The notes beneath the pieces are model-generated. The model did no database searches and had not been told where the DNA came from. It saw only the letters and a list, made by a program, of their open reading frames with translations. A stretch of 64,000 nucleotides of DNA from an uncultured archaeon (lineage in GTDB: Archaea > Thermoplasmatota > Penumbrarchaeia > JASLWR01): positions 9,265-73,264 of the forward strand of contig CAYSHM010000015.1 of assembly GCA_964430885.1 (NCBI GenBank). The letters run 5' to 3'. Both the position numbers and the translations under genes were made by a program. This document shows positions 8,959 to 18,854 of this stretch, in pieces. Position 1 is the stretch's first letter; the number at the start of each line of letters is the position of its first letter.

Positions 8959-11877
8959 ATGAATATCCTGCCCAAGCTGCACCGCAAATTGGAACTTATT
9001 CTCTCTGAAGAGAACATAACCGAGCTCACCTCTATACAGAGCGAATCATTCCACCATATACTCAATGGTTCCAATACACTGATCATAGGACCTACAGGTA
9101 TGGGAAAGACCGAGGCTTCGATCATCCCAATTTTTCAAAAACTATTGGATTTGAAGGAGACGGAGGTTCCAGGGACGAATGAGAAATCAGGATTTTCAGT
9201 TCTGTATATCACTCCCTTGAGAGCGTTGAACAGGGATATGTACCAGCGAATGGAAAGATGGAGCAGGTTATCGGGCATTAAGCTCGGATTGAGACATGGT
9301 GATACCCCTCAAAAGGAACGAAATAGACAATCCCGGAATCCCCCTGACATCTTGGTTACCACTCCTGAGACCCTTCAGGTCCTTTTTACCGGCTCTAGAT
9401 TGGTCAAGCATCTGCAAACCGTACGTTTCGTTGTTGTGGATGAGATTCATGATATCTGCGGAAACCTTAGGGGTGCTCAGCTTTCCATAGCCCTGGAAAG
9501 ACTCCAGAATCTATCAGAACACAATATCTGCCGGATCGGTCTATCAGCCACTGTTGACACAGGTTCAATAGCTTCAGTGGCAGCATTCTTGGGAGGTATA
9601 GGCAGGAAGGTAAAGGTTGTCAAGGATCAAATTAATAAAAAAATGATATTCGATATTAAAGTCCCTTCAAAAACAATGGATCTGAAGAAGATAAGCTGTG
9701 ATCTGGGGTGCACCGAGGATGAATGTGCATCCATTGTAAGAGCATTGGAGCTTATCGAGAAGAACCAGCCGGTTCTATTCTTTGTAAATACACGTCAAAC
9801 AGCAGAAATGCTAGTGTCAAGAATAAACCTCATAAAAAGCGCTTATCCCGTCGGCATACACCACGGCTCCCTGTCCAAAGAGATAAGGATGCAGATGGAG
9901 GAGGATTTCAAATCAGGCAAATTGAAAGGTTTGATCTGCACATCCTCCCTTGAGCTTGGTATAGATGTTGGATTTGTAGACCATGTTGTTCAGTTCTCCT
10001 CACCTCGGGAGGTTACACGCTTGGTACAGAGGGTGGGTCGCGCTGGTCACGGTGTAGGACGAACTTCTATAGGAACAATATTGGCAACCAGATATGATGA
10101 TATTCTTGAGAGTGCGGTTATAATAAGAAGAACTCTTCATGGGGAATTGGAGCATTTGGAACCTAGCAAAATGCCCATGACCGTTCTGGCTAACCAGGTA
10201 ATGGCTGCCGGAATGGGTAAGGAGTATGGAAAGGAAGGTATCTCAGTCGGTGATTTCTGGAGTAAGATCGTAAGAAAAAGCTATGTTTTTAATGGATTGT
10301 CCCTGAAGGATTTCAGAAAAATGATAAAAGAGCTTTGGGAACACTACATGATATGGTACGATCCTGACTCCGATAGATTCGGCAGAAAAAGAAGGACACT
10401 CAAATATTTCTTTGACAATATTTCAATGATAAGGGACGAGAAGATATATGACGTTGTCAATATCGTAACTGGCCGAATCATCGGGAAGCTCAATGAGGAT
10501 TTCGTGGCCACAAGACTGGAGATAGGGGAGAAATTCATTGTAAAAGGTCAGCCATGGATAGTGGTTGAAATAGAAAACGGAAAGATAACTGCCTCTCCCG
10601 CAACAGATATTGGAGCTATTCCTTCTTGGGTAGGTGAGGAGATACCAGTCCCTTATGAGGTGGCCCAGGAGGTCGGGACCATCAAGGGTATGATGGAAGA
10701 GATAATACAAGGAATTAGGGACAACACCCCTGATCTAACAAATAAGAACCGTCCTGGTAAGAGTTCAAAACTTTCCAAAAAGGTTCATGACAGACTCGGG
10801 AGTGAATACGTTATTGATTCAGAAGCGTGGGGCAGGTATTGGCCTCATTACTTCTCCCAGTATGAAGGACATATCATACCTCATGACAAAAAGATAGTTC
10901 TGGAACGTGAGGGAAACATAACAGTGATCAATACCTCGTTGGGAACACGTACCAACGAAACTCTTGCGCTACTGGTATCATCAATGATAGCCAATGATCT
11001 GGGTAAAGGTGTGGATACACGGTGCGATGCGTACCGGATCATAATGGATATTCCCATTAGCTATCCAACTCATTTCATATTGGAGCACATGAAGGGTATT
11101 CCACCGGAAGATGTCAAGGGGCTGATGTCCATAATAGTTACACATTCACCTCTCTATAATTGGTCCCTGCTCTTTGTAGGTAAAAAATTCGGTATAATCA
11201 GAAAGGATGCGGACCTTAACGCAGGTCATCTGAGAAATATTTCAGAAAGATACCGGGACTCGATTATACACAGAGATGCTGTTGAACATGTGCTGCATCA
11301 CAGTTTCGACATTCCTCATACGATTGAAGTTCTGGGTAGCATCAGAAATGGTCTGATAGATTTGGTCCGGTCGAACAGATTGTCCCCCATGTCTATTGAA
11401 GGATTGGACGAGCCAACCTCTATGACCCTTCCCGATAGGGCGGATTACGGAATTTTGAAGGCACTGAAAGAACGGCTTCTAAACAATCCCATTGTGCTTG
11501 TCTGCATCCATTGCGGTAATAACCATTATATGATGGCCAGTGAATTCCCTCATGACAGTTCATTCCGATGCAGTATGTGTAATGGAGTTTTCTTGGCAAT
11601 GCTTCACGAACGCAAGAAGTGGCAGTCCGAACTGCTTTCTAAAAAGAAACAAGAACTAGAGCCGGAAGAGAAACGAATCGTCGAACGATTGGATGTCAAT
11701 GCATCTCTGGTGCAGAATTATGGAAAACGTGCTGTTATTGCATTATGTGCAAGGGGGGTCGGGCCTGTGAAGGCAGCGGCGATACTGAAAAGACCCTATC
11801 GGCAGGAACTTGATTTTCTAAGGGAAGTCTTAAAAGCAGAAATTGAATATGCAAGGACCCGAAGGTTCTGGGATTGA
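8959..11877 (+). CDS. lhr: Lhr-like SF2 ATP-dependent helicase with C-terminal Cys-rich (Zn) motif
   Basis: GPTGMGKT, YITPLRALNRD, VTTPETL, DEIH, GLSAT, HHGSL, TSSLELGID, QRVGRAGH; C-terminal CxHC...CxxC and ARGVGP. Confidence 0.93.
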   Translation: MNILPKLHRKLELILSEENITELTSIQSESFHHILNGSNTLIIGPTGMGKTEASIIPIFQKLLDLKETEVPGTNEKSGFSVLYITPLRALNRDMYQRMERWSRLSGIKLGLRHGDTPQKERNRQSRNPPDILVTTPETLQVLFTGSRLVKHLQTVRFVVVDEIHDICGNLRGAQLSIALERLQNLSEHNICRIGLSATVDTGSIASVAAFLGGIGRKVKVVKDQINKKMIFDIKVPSKTMDLKKISCDLGCTEDECASIVRALELIEKNQPVLFFVNTRQTAEMLVSRINLIKSAYPVGIHHGSLSKEIRMQMEEDFKSGKLKGLICTSSLELGIDVGFVDHVVQFSSPREVTRLVQRVGRAGHGVGRTSIGTILATRYDDILESAVIIRRTLHGELEHLEPSKMPMTVLANQVMAAGMGKEYGKEGISVGDFWSKIVRKSYVFNGLSLKDFRKMIKELWEHYMIWYDPDSDRFGRKRRTLKYFFDNISMIRDEKIYDVVNIVTGRIIGKLNEDFVATRLEIGEKFIVKGQPWIVVEIENGKITASPATDIGAIPSWVGEEIPVPYEVAQEVGTIKGMMEEIIQGIRDNTPDLTNKNRPGKSSKLSKKVHDRLGSEYVIDSEAWGRYWPHYFSQYEGHIIPHDKKIVLEREGNITVINTSLGTRTNETLALLVSSMIANDLGKGVDTRCDAYRIIMDIPISYPTHFILEHMKGIPPEDVKGLMSIIVTHSPLYNWSLLFVGKKFGIIRKDADLNAGHLRNISERYRDSIIHRDAVEHVLHHSFDIPHTIEVLGSIRNGLIDLVRSNRLSPMSIEGLDEPTSMTLPDRADYGILKALKERLLNNPIVLVCIHCGNNHYMMASEFPHDSSFRCSMCNGVFLAMLHERKKWQSELLSKKKQELEPEEKRIVERLDVNASLVQNYGKRAVIALCARGVGPVKAAAILKRPYRQELDFLREVLKAEIEYARTRRFWD

Positions 11878-11898
11878 ACATATTAAGAAATCTCTCGA

Positions 11899-13377
11899 TC
11901 AGAACTCTTCCTTCTTGAACAGAGCTTTTAGAAATAAAAGGAAAGCGAATAAAGCCGAGATCCCGATTATCAGGAATATTCGGGTGTTTCCTTTATCTTT
12001 TTCTGAAGAAGCCGTCCCTCTTACCTCTATTTCCTCGATCTTCATGGAACCACTCTCACCTTTAGTGGACTCCATTCTCACCTTGTATTCACCCCCCTTA
12101 TCAGGAAGTGTGATCAGGAATCTGAAATTCCCATTATCGTCAACAGAGGGGTATGTTTTATCCGAAATGCTCTGTCCCATTGAATTCTCCAGCCAGAATG
12201 AGATATTGAAACTAGTGGTCTTCACACCGTTTTGTGTGACGTAGCCGGTAACTGATATCGATTCTCCGCTCATTCCTTTGTTTTTACTGAAGGTGCTGAA
12301 TATTTCCATATAATCCGGGGTCTGAGCAGAATCTATTTTCCATTCGTCTGAATACCAATTAATAATTTCATTGGTGAGAGCGGGATTAGTTATCTTGATG
12401 TTGAGACTGTGATAAAGCTTCAATCCGCTGTAGGCCCAGTTGGTAGAGCCCAAGATAATGGTTTCGTCGACTACGCATAATTTGGTGTGGGTAATGCGGT
12501 TAGGACTTTCAAAAAAGGCATCTATACCATGGGATTTGAACTTGTTTATGGTATACTGGTTCATCTCGTTGAGATATTCCTCCCAATCACTCTTCTCCAA
12601 GGTAACCTTTACATCCACACCCCTCTTACTTGCGTTGACAATGGCATTGAAAATTAGAGTTTGGGGGGAATCATCATAATCGGTGACCTTGAAAGCGTAG
12701 AACAGTAGGTATATTCGGTTCTCCGCATTTTCCAGAGTATCTAGGACTGTGGGAAGATAATCGCGGTCTACAAGAGGGACCACTCCGTCATGGTTCTCAT
12801 ATCCCAAATCCATATCATATGTTGAGTTCGCCCATACTTTCCAGAAAAATGTTTCATAATATGAAGCTACCCTGGGATCGTCGATCCTTACATTTGCCTC
12901 ATTGTTGTTATCTATGGAATTGTCGGACCAGTTTGTTGAACCAATGATTACGGTGGTATTGTCGATAATTATCATCTTTCCATGAAGCGTCTTCCCTGCA
13001 TCATCAAGTTTCACATTGAATCCTTTTCCGGAAAGATATTCCAGAGCATATTCGTTCTGATCGGGCTCCTCATCCATGATTATCCAAATATCCACTCCCC
13101 GATCCTTTGCATCTGAGAGCTCATCGATAAGGGACGATACTGTACTGCCGATAGCCATTTCGAACTGGATCATGAGAATTGATGACTCTGCCTTCCTGAA
13201 AACGTTTCTCACGACAGAATAATATTCCTGATCACATACTATTTCATGATTTATCTCCGGTTCGGTTTGGGCATTGACTTTGAGTACCGGAATGAAGGAT
13301 ATTGATAATAGAAATATCAAGCTGACTATGACAAAAAACTTTCCATTTTTAATCAGAGGGACCATTCCTTTTTTCAT
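11899..13377 (-). CDS. Phospholipase D-family protein (two HKD motifs), exported and C-terminally membrane anchored
   Basis: HGKMIIID..IGSTNWS and HTKLCVVD..LGSTNW; N-terminal signal peptide, C-terminal TM + KK. Start moved to ATG 13377 because GGTGGA RBS precedes it (ORF track start 13473). Confidence 0.88.
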   Translation of the reverse strand: MKKGMVPLIKNGKFFVIVSLIFLLSISFIPVLKVNAQTEPEINHEIVCDQEYYSVVRNVFRKAESSILMIQFEMAIGSTVSSLIDELSDAKDRGVDIWIIMDEEPDQNEYALEYLSGKGFNVKLDDAGKTLHGKMIIIDNTTVIIGSTNWSDNSIDNNNEANVRIDDPRVASYYETFFWKVWANSTYDMDLGYENHDGVVPLVDRDYLPTVLDTLENAENRIYLLFYAFKVTDYDDSPQTLIFNAIVNASKRGVDVKVTLEKSDWEEYLNEMNQYTINKFKSHGIDAFFESPNRITHTKLCVVDETIILGSTNWAYSGLKLYHSLNIKITNPALTNEIINWYSDEWKIDSAQTPDYMEIFSTFSKNKGMSGESISVTGYVTQNGVKTTSFNISFWLENSMGQSISDKTYPSVDDNGNFRFLITLPDKGGEYKVRMESTKGESGSMKIEEIEVRGTASSEKDKGNTRIFLIIGISALFAFLLFLKALFKKEEF

Positions 13378-13577
13378 AATTCCACCTTTTGATTCAGTCA
13401 CAGATTTCCTTCTGCCCAAAATAACTTCGGATTGCAGATCCAATATGAATACAGAGGTATGAAAAGACATCAATATATGACGGCGATATTATTAATAACT
13501 GCCTGAAAATGACAATTGCAGATGGCAATAAAATAAAAAATAGGTAAAGAGGAAATATTTCTCAATATTATTGAGAT

Positions 13578-14378
13578 CTACTCTTTATTTTCCTCTTCCG
13601 GCTTTTCTTCAGATCCAGTTTCTATCTTCTCAGCTGTCTCTTCCACTGCCTTTTCCTCTACTTCCTCCTCCTTATCATCCTTGCTGGGAGGCGGTTGAGA
13701 ATAATCTTCGATCAGCTGAAAATTATCGATAGACAGATGTTTTCGAAGGAAGGCTACGATCAGGAACTTCTTCTGAATCCAAACAGTGTCATATTTACAC
13801 ATTTCAGGAAGTACGATTTTTGCCATCCCGTCCACTATCTCAACCTTGGGTTTGGCCTCCTTCTTGTAGTATATCTCGAAAATCGCCTCGGCGATGGATA
13901 TGTCATCATCAGCCTTCTTCACGATCTTCACATTATAGATAAGGTCCCTGCCGGCCAAAGGATGGTTGTAATCAACCCGGACCCTTCCTGCACCCACAGT
14001 GGTTATCTGACCGATTTTGCCGTTCATGAAAATTTGCATTCCCGGCATTGGATAGGATTTCTCATCCTTGAACTGGGGTAATTTCAAAACCTTTCTTAGA
14101 GATACCCTCTCAATAAGTTCAGGCTTTCTATCACCATATCCATCTTCCTTAGTTACCTCGAATTCCTTCTCGGAATCAACTTTCATATCCTCCAGGGCAT
14201 TTATGAAACCGACTGGTTCCTCTCCCTGACCCATTACCATTGCAATGGGGGAATAGTCCTCCTTTTCGTCATAGATGTCGCTTTCCTTTGCTACCTCTTC
14301 TCTGGTGGTCCTATAGATATCACCGGATTCTTTGATCTTAAGGTCATAGTCGACATATATGATGTCACCTTCTTCCAT
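13578..14378 (-). CDS. Long-type archaeal FKBP peptidyl-prolyl isomerase (SlyD-like)
   Basis: GDIIYVDY, DGYGDR, GRVRVDYNHPLAGRDL, acidic tail; start at ATG 14378 with GGAGG RBS. Confidence 0.9.
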   Translation of the reverse strand: MEEGDIIYVDYDLKIKESGDIYRTTREEVAKESDIYDEKEDYSPIAMVMGQGEEPVGFINALEDMKVDSEKEFEVTKEDGYGDRKPELIERVSLRKVLKLPQFKDEKSYPMPGMQIFMNGKIGQITTVGAGRVRVDYNHPLAGRDLIYNVKIVKKADDDISIAEAIFEIYYKKEAKPKVEIVDGMAKIVLPEMCKYDTVWIQKKFLIVAFLRKHLSIDNFQLIEDYSQPPPSKDDKEEEVEEKAVEETAEKIETGSEEKPEEENKE

Positions 14379-14519
14379 ACATGAGCCTCCATTCCTATTA
14401 TTATGATTTTTAGGGACAATCCCATGTTCATTGATAAAGTTTGTTGAGAAAATTCCTATTTTATTCCACATGCACCATTAATCCAAAATGGAAGAACCAA
14501 TGGAGAAACGGCACTCCAA

Positions 14520-15707
14520 TCAAGGCATTTCCGTTTTGATAATATCTTTCGGAGAAGCCCTGTTCACAATGAAATATTCCACTTCCAAACCCTTTGCTGT
14601 GAAGGGGTTCCGCAGTATTTGACAAGGAACTATTTCGTCCTTCTGAATACCATTCAGGGCAACGTCATATCCGGCCTTGAATCCATCAGACCGGTCATCC
14701 AGAATATTGTTCTTAGCAAATTGCAATAGAGGCAAACCCATGGAAGCATTGAAGGTAAGTCTTATACCTTCTCTGATCTCTCCGCCCATGTACATAAAAA
14801 CACGTAAGAAAGTCTCCATTTCCTGAAACATATCGGGTCTGGATATGAAAGAATTATCCGATCCTATCATGATATCTATATTGAGCCTATGGATCATTGG
14901 TATGTCCGGCATTAGTGAAAACAGCAGATTGCTACGGGTGCATAGCGTTACAGGAATGCTGTTATTAGAGATGTATTCAAGATCCTTATGTGTTGTCTTG
15001 GTGAGATGTATCAGAGGCCAGCATTCAAGATTCTTCAGAAGTTCCGGGTTCTCGCGGATTCCTTCACTGAAATGGGTTGAAAAAAACTTGGATCGTTTTT
15101 TAATTTTTGTCTGCCAGCCCAACAGCAGTCCTTCATCGATATCGGATATTGAACTGAGACCAAGACCATCAGACAGGTCCAGTATTTCATCAATTTCTTT
15201 ATCAGAGCTTTCATCATTAACAGACGGACGGCCGAGTATCATTCCTGTAGGTATCGGATCATTGTTTGCTAGTGCTGTTTTCTCGGCAATTTTTACGGCC
15301 TGTAGTCCTTCAAGACCGCTCTCCCTGTAATCACAAAAATAACCGGTTCCAGTTGAAGAGAGGAATTTCATTTCCTCATAAATACCTCTACCAATGGCGT
15401 CCGGACTTCTATCATCAAGGAACCTGTGCTTAAGACCATGTGGGGGGATAACCATATCATCCAGTCTTCCCGTCGGTATCTCAGACAGCATAGAATCTCC
15501 CAAATGAGTATGAGCGTTGAAAAAAAGAGGATTAATGATAACATTGAGCTCATTATTGAGTCCCTGAATATTTTTCAAATACACCGGATTCCTATCTTCA
15601 ATAATATAACCGTCTTCAAGAAGAACGGTCCGCTCCTCAAAACCCCGGTTAAGACCTCTATAGATCTGGCCTGTATAATAGGAAGGACTCACATTTTCAC
15701 TGCTCAT
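14520..15707 (-). CDS. Amidohydrolase-superfamily metallo-deaminase
   Basis: FFNAHTHLGD, HGLKH, DYRESG, THFSEG, IHLT, CTRSN, IGSDN motifs. Confidence 0.85.
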   Translation of the reverse strand: MSSENVSPSYYTGQIYRGLNRGFEERTVLLEDGYIIEDRNPVYLKNIQGLNNELNVIINPLFFNAHTHLGDSMLSEIPTGRLDDMVIPPHGLKHRFLDDRSPDAIGRGIYEEMKFLSSTGTGYFCDYRESGLEGLQAVKIAEKTALANNDPIPTGMILGRPSVNDESSDKEIDEILDLSDGLGLSSISDIDEGLLLGWQTKIKKRSKFFSTHFSEGIRENPELLKNLECWPLIHLTKTTHKDLEYISNNSIPVTLCTRSNLLFSLMPDIPMIHRLNIDIMIGSDNSFISRPDMFQEMETFLRVFMYMGGEIREGIRLTFNASMGLPLLQFAKNNILDDRSDGFKAGYDVALNGIQKDEIVPCQILRNPFTAKGLEVEYFIVNRASPKDIIKTEMP

Positions 15708-15891
15708 ACTTTCAACCTTGAAATCTATTTAGAGACTCAATACCTGTGATCACAAGATAATAACTGAATTGTTTAACCACATTTGAAATTCAATAGATTG
15801 GTTACTTACAATAATATATATAATATATTTCACTCAGCTAGAACTACTTAGCAGATATAGGATTGAAACCAAAACCGAGGGAAGAATTTCA

Positions 15892-16674
15892 ATGACTGAT
15901 TTTGATGAACTATTCATGAAGACCCTATCCGAAGCCTTTGAGGACAAATTAATGGATCAGATAATGACAGAGCCAGTCCCCGAACACATTGCTGTCATAA
16001 TGGATGGGAACAGGAGATATGCCCAGGACAAAGGGGAAGAGCCTATAAAGGGACATATTTACGGTAAGAACAGGCTGAAGGAACTCCTGGAATGGTGCCT
16101 TGATCTTAAAATTAGGTTCCTCACAGTATATGCATTTTCTACGGAGAACTTCAACCGCCACAGAGGAGAGGTAGAGATCCTCATGGATATGTTCGTCAAG
16201 AACTTCAATGAACTTGCTAAGAAACGGGAAAAGCTGATGAAGGAAAAGGTCAGAGTGAGGGTACTAGGCAACCTGGACCTGCTGCCTTCGAATGTTACTG
16301 AAGCCATTTTGAACGTTCAGGAGATGACCAAGAACAATGATGATTATCATTTCAATCTTGCAATTGCCTACGGCGGAAGGGAAGAGATCACCAATGCTGT
16401 AAAGGAGATCGCGCGAGAGGTCAAGGCTGGAAATATCAATCCTGAAGATGTAGACCAGGGTTTGATATCATCCTATCTTTATACCCATGATTTGCCTGAT
16501 CCGGACCTGATACTCAGGACAAGCGGTGAAATAAGACTGTCTAATTTCCTCATTTGGCAGATGGCCTATTCGGAATTCTACTTCACTGATGTTTACTGGC
16601 CTGGTTTCACCAAGAGCGAGTTTCTGAAGGCTATCCGTTCCTATCAGATGAGAAAAAGACGTTTCGGGAAATGA
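15892..16674 (+). CDS. uppS: cis-prenyltransferase (polyprenyl diphosphate synthase)
   Basis: PEHIAVIMDGNRR, YAFSTENF, AYGGREEI, PDLILRTSGEIRLSNFLIWQ, RRFG C-terminus. Confidence 0.97.
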   Translation: MTDFDELFMKTLSEAFEDKLMDQIMTEPVPEHIAVIMDGNRRYAQDKGEEPIKGHIYGKNRLKELLEWCLDLKIRFLTVYAFSTENFNRHRGEVEILMDMFVKNFNELAKKREKLMKEKVRVRVLGNLDLLPSNVTEAILNVQEMTKNNDDYHFNLAIAYGGREEITNAVKEIAREVKAGNINPEDVDQGLISSYLYTHDLPDPDLILRTSGEIRLSNFLIWQMAYSEFYFTDVYWPGFTKSEFLKAIRSYQMRKRRFGK

Positions 16675-16795
16675 CCCTGGTCACCTATAAATTTGATTCC
16701 TTACAATTCTTCGTTTATTCGTTTTTTTTTATAGAGCTTTCTATCATTTATTTATATTGGATAATCCATAGTCTCAAAATTCACGGGGTTATATT

Positions 16796-18757
16796 ATGAC
16801 AAATTTCCTTACTAAGACATTCAAAAGGTTTCAAAAGGTGTATTGGATAGCTTTGAGCTTCGAATTGATGGAAAGAGCTGCCTACTACACTATGATACCG
16901 ATAATTGCTGTACACGCTATCTGGAATGTGGGTATGAATCCAGGTTTGGCTTTGATACTTACGGCATTTATGTATCCTTTTCAGTACGGTTTCCCCATAT
17001 TCACTAGTGCTTATGCTGAGAAATTCGGTTACCGAAAGCAGATGATATTGGCTTTCTCGATTCTATTTGCAGCGTACATATCTCTTTCATTTGCCTACAA
17101 TTCCATTACTATGATACTTTCTGTAATGTTATTGGGCTTCGGAATCGGTTTATATAAACCTTTGATATCCTCAACCATAGCTAAATCCACCGACCAGGAT
17201 GACAGAAATTTTGCATATTCTATTTACTATTGGATAGTAAATTTTGCCGCTTTTGTATTTCCTGTCATATGGACAATAATTTTTGCCCTCACTTCAGGAG
17301 CTGAAAAAGAACTTTATTCAATGGTTTTCAGGATTGGTGCACTTTTCTTTTTGGTGAACATATTTGTGGTGATATTTGTATTCAGGGAGATTCCCCGATC
17401 TGGAGAAGTGAAGACCTTAAAGGATGTTACAACCAATATTAAAACTGCATTTGTTGATAAAAAATTCGTTGTGATGATGGCACTAATGGCCGGTTTCTGG
17501 GCTTTGTATTCGGCGACATTGGCACCTTTACAGACAATAGCGTACGGATTCAAATTACTGCCAATATGGTTTTCAATAATGCTTTTGGGTGTTTTCAATC
17601 CAGGTACAATTATATTCCTTGGATTTCCCTTGGCTAAATTGGTTGAAAAAGTAGAGTCTATAAAAGCTTTAATGGGCGGCGTATTGATCTATCTTATTGG
17701 TTTTACAAGTTTAGCCCTTTTAGGTTTTACGATTCACTGGTCTTTTATAATATTTTCCATAGTCATTTATTCCATCGGAGAATTCATGGTTGCTCCGGGT
17801 TATTTGGCCTTTGTATCAAAACTTGCTCCAAAAGAGAAGGTTTCCGCTTATATAGGTTGCAATTTTCTTGCATCTTTTGCAGGAATCTGGGGCGGTGCAC
17901 TGATTTTCGGGTCGTTAGCAAACTTGATTGCTGTGAAGATGCAGAGACCCTTTCTTTTCTTCGGAATTGTGATCTCTGTTGGACTTCTGATACTGGTTGG
18001 TTTTATGGCCTATTATAAGGCCTGGGGTCAGGATATAATTCAAAGAGCTCGAAATATCGAAGCTATGGAAAAAGGCATACCTGTTGAACAGTTGAAATCA
18101 AAATTATCGGACAAAGAACCATTTCTATTCAGGATTTTCAATAAGAAGGGTGTTTCTCTAGTAGCTGTTGTTCTTATACCAATTGTATTGGTAGCTACCT
18201 TCAGCCTTGGCACATATACCTTTTATCCCCCTGAAGATAAAGATAAGGATGAATGGGTATTTGAACCCCTGAATTACGATCTTATACCTGGCGCTTCATT
18301 CACAATAACTGGCAGTGCTAGTGAGAACGGTGAGGTCATCGAGAGTCAAGTCATAGAGCTTGTGGAGGGTGAACTGCTAGCTTCAATATCAATCGAACTT
18401 ACCTGGATGGACGAGCCGGATAGAAGTGTTGGTTTACTCGGAATCCGGACCCTGGAAAACCAGCCGGACCAGTTCTCTATGGATATATCCCTGCCCGCAG
18501 ACCCTGAAGATGATACAACAAGTGACATTACCGGTTCAGAGGGGCCTTCTACCAATCCCAGGGGCAGTCAGGGTATTCTGACCTTCCGGCAGGAATTCGT
18601 ACATAACAATGAGGTTTCCATGAATGGCACTGGTCTGTGGACCATCGTGGTAAGCTGCGGAACCTGCGGTGATTACCAAGGAACGGTCCAGAGTGAATCC
18701 GACACCGGGAACACCTACGAGATAAAAATAATCACTGAGAAGTTCGTTCCTCAATAA
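16796..18757 (+). CDS. MFS transporter (POT/PTR peptide-transporter-like) with extra TM and C-terminal extracellular domain
   Basis: ELMERAAYY (ExxER motif), AEKFGYRK, GLYKP, YSIYYWIVN, SIGEF; about 12 TM segments plus a ~230-aa C-terminal extension. Confidence 0.85.
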   Translation: MTNFLTKTFKRFQKVYWIALSFELMERAAYYTMIPIIAVHAIWNVGMNPGLALILTAFMYPFQYGFPIFTSAYAEKFGYRKQMILAFSILFAAYISLSFAYNSITMILSVMLLGFGIGLYKPLISSTIAKSTDQDDRNFAYSIYYWIVNFAAFVFPVIWTIIFALTSGAEKELYSMVFRIGALFFLVNIFVVIFVFREIPRSGEVKTLKDVTTNIKTAFVDKKFVVMMALMAGFWALYSATLAPLQTIAYGFKLLPIWFSIMLLGVFNPGTIIFLGFPLAKLVEKVESIKALMGGVLIYLIGFTSLALLGFTIHWSFIIFSIVIYSIGEFMVAPGYLAFVSKLAPKEKVSAYIGCNFLASFAGIWGGALIFGSLANLIAVKMQRPFLFFGIVISVGLLILVGFMAYYKAWGQDIIQRARNIEAMEKGIPVEQLKSKLSDKEPFLFRIFNKKGVSLVAVVLIPIVLVATFSLGTYTFYPPEDKDKDEWVFEPLNYDLIPGASFTITGSASENGEVIESQVIELVEGELLASISIELTWMDEPDRSVGLLGIRTLENQPDQFSMDISLPADPEDDTTSDITGSEGPSTNPRGSQGILTFRQEFVHNNEVSMNGTGLWTIVVSCGTCGDYQGTVQSESDTGNTYEIKIITEKFVPQ

Positions 18758-18854
18758 AGGTATATGAATAAATAAATAAATGTAATGTTTGATTTCAGAG
18801 ATCAAGGTTTATGTATTAGTGTTTTTTACCTCTAAAGAATTTATTCGTTGATTA

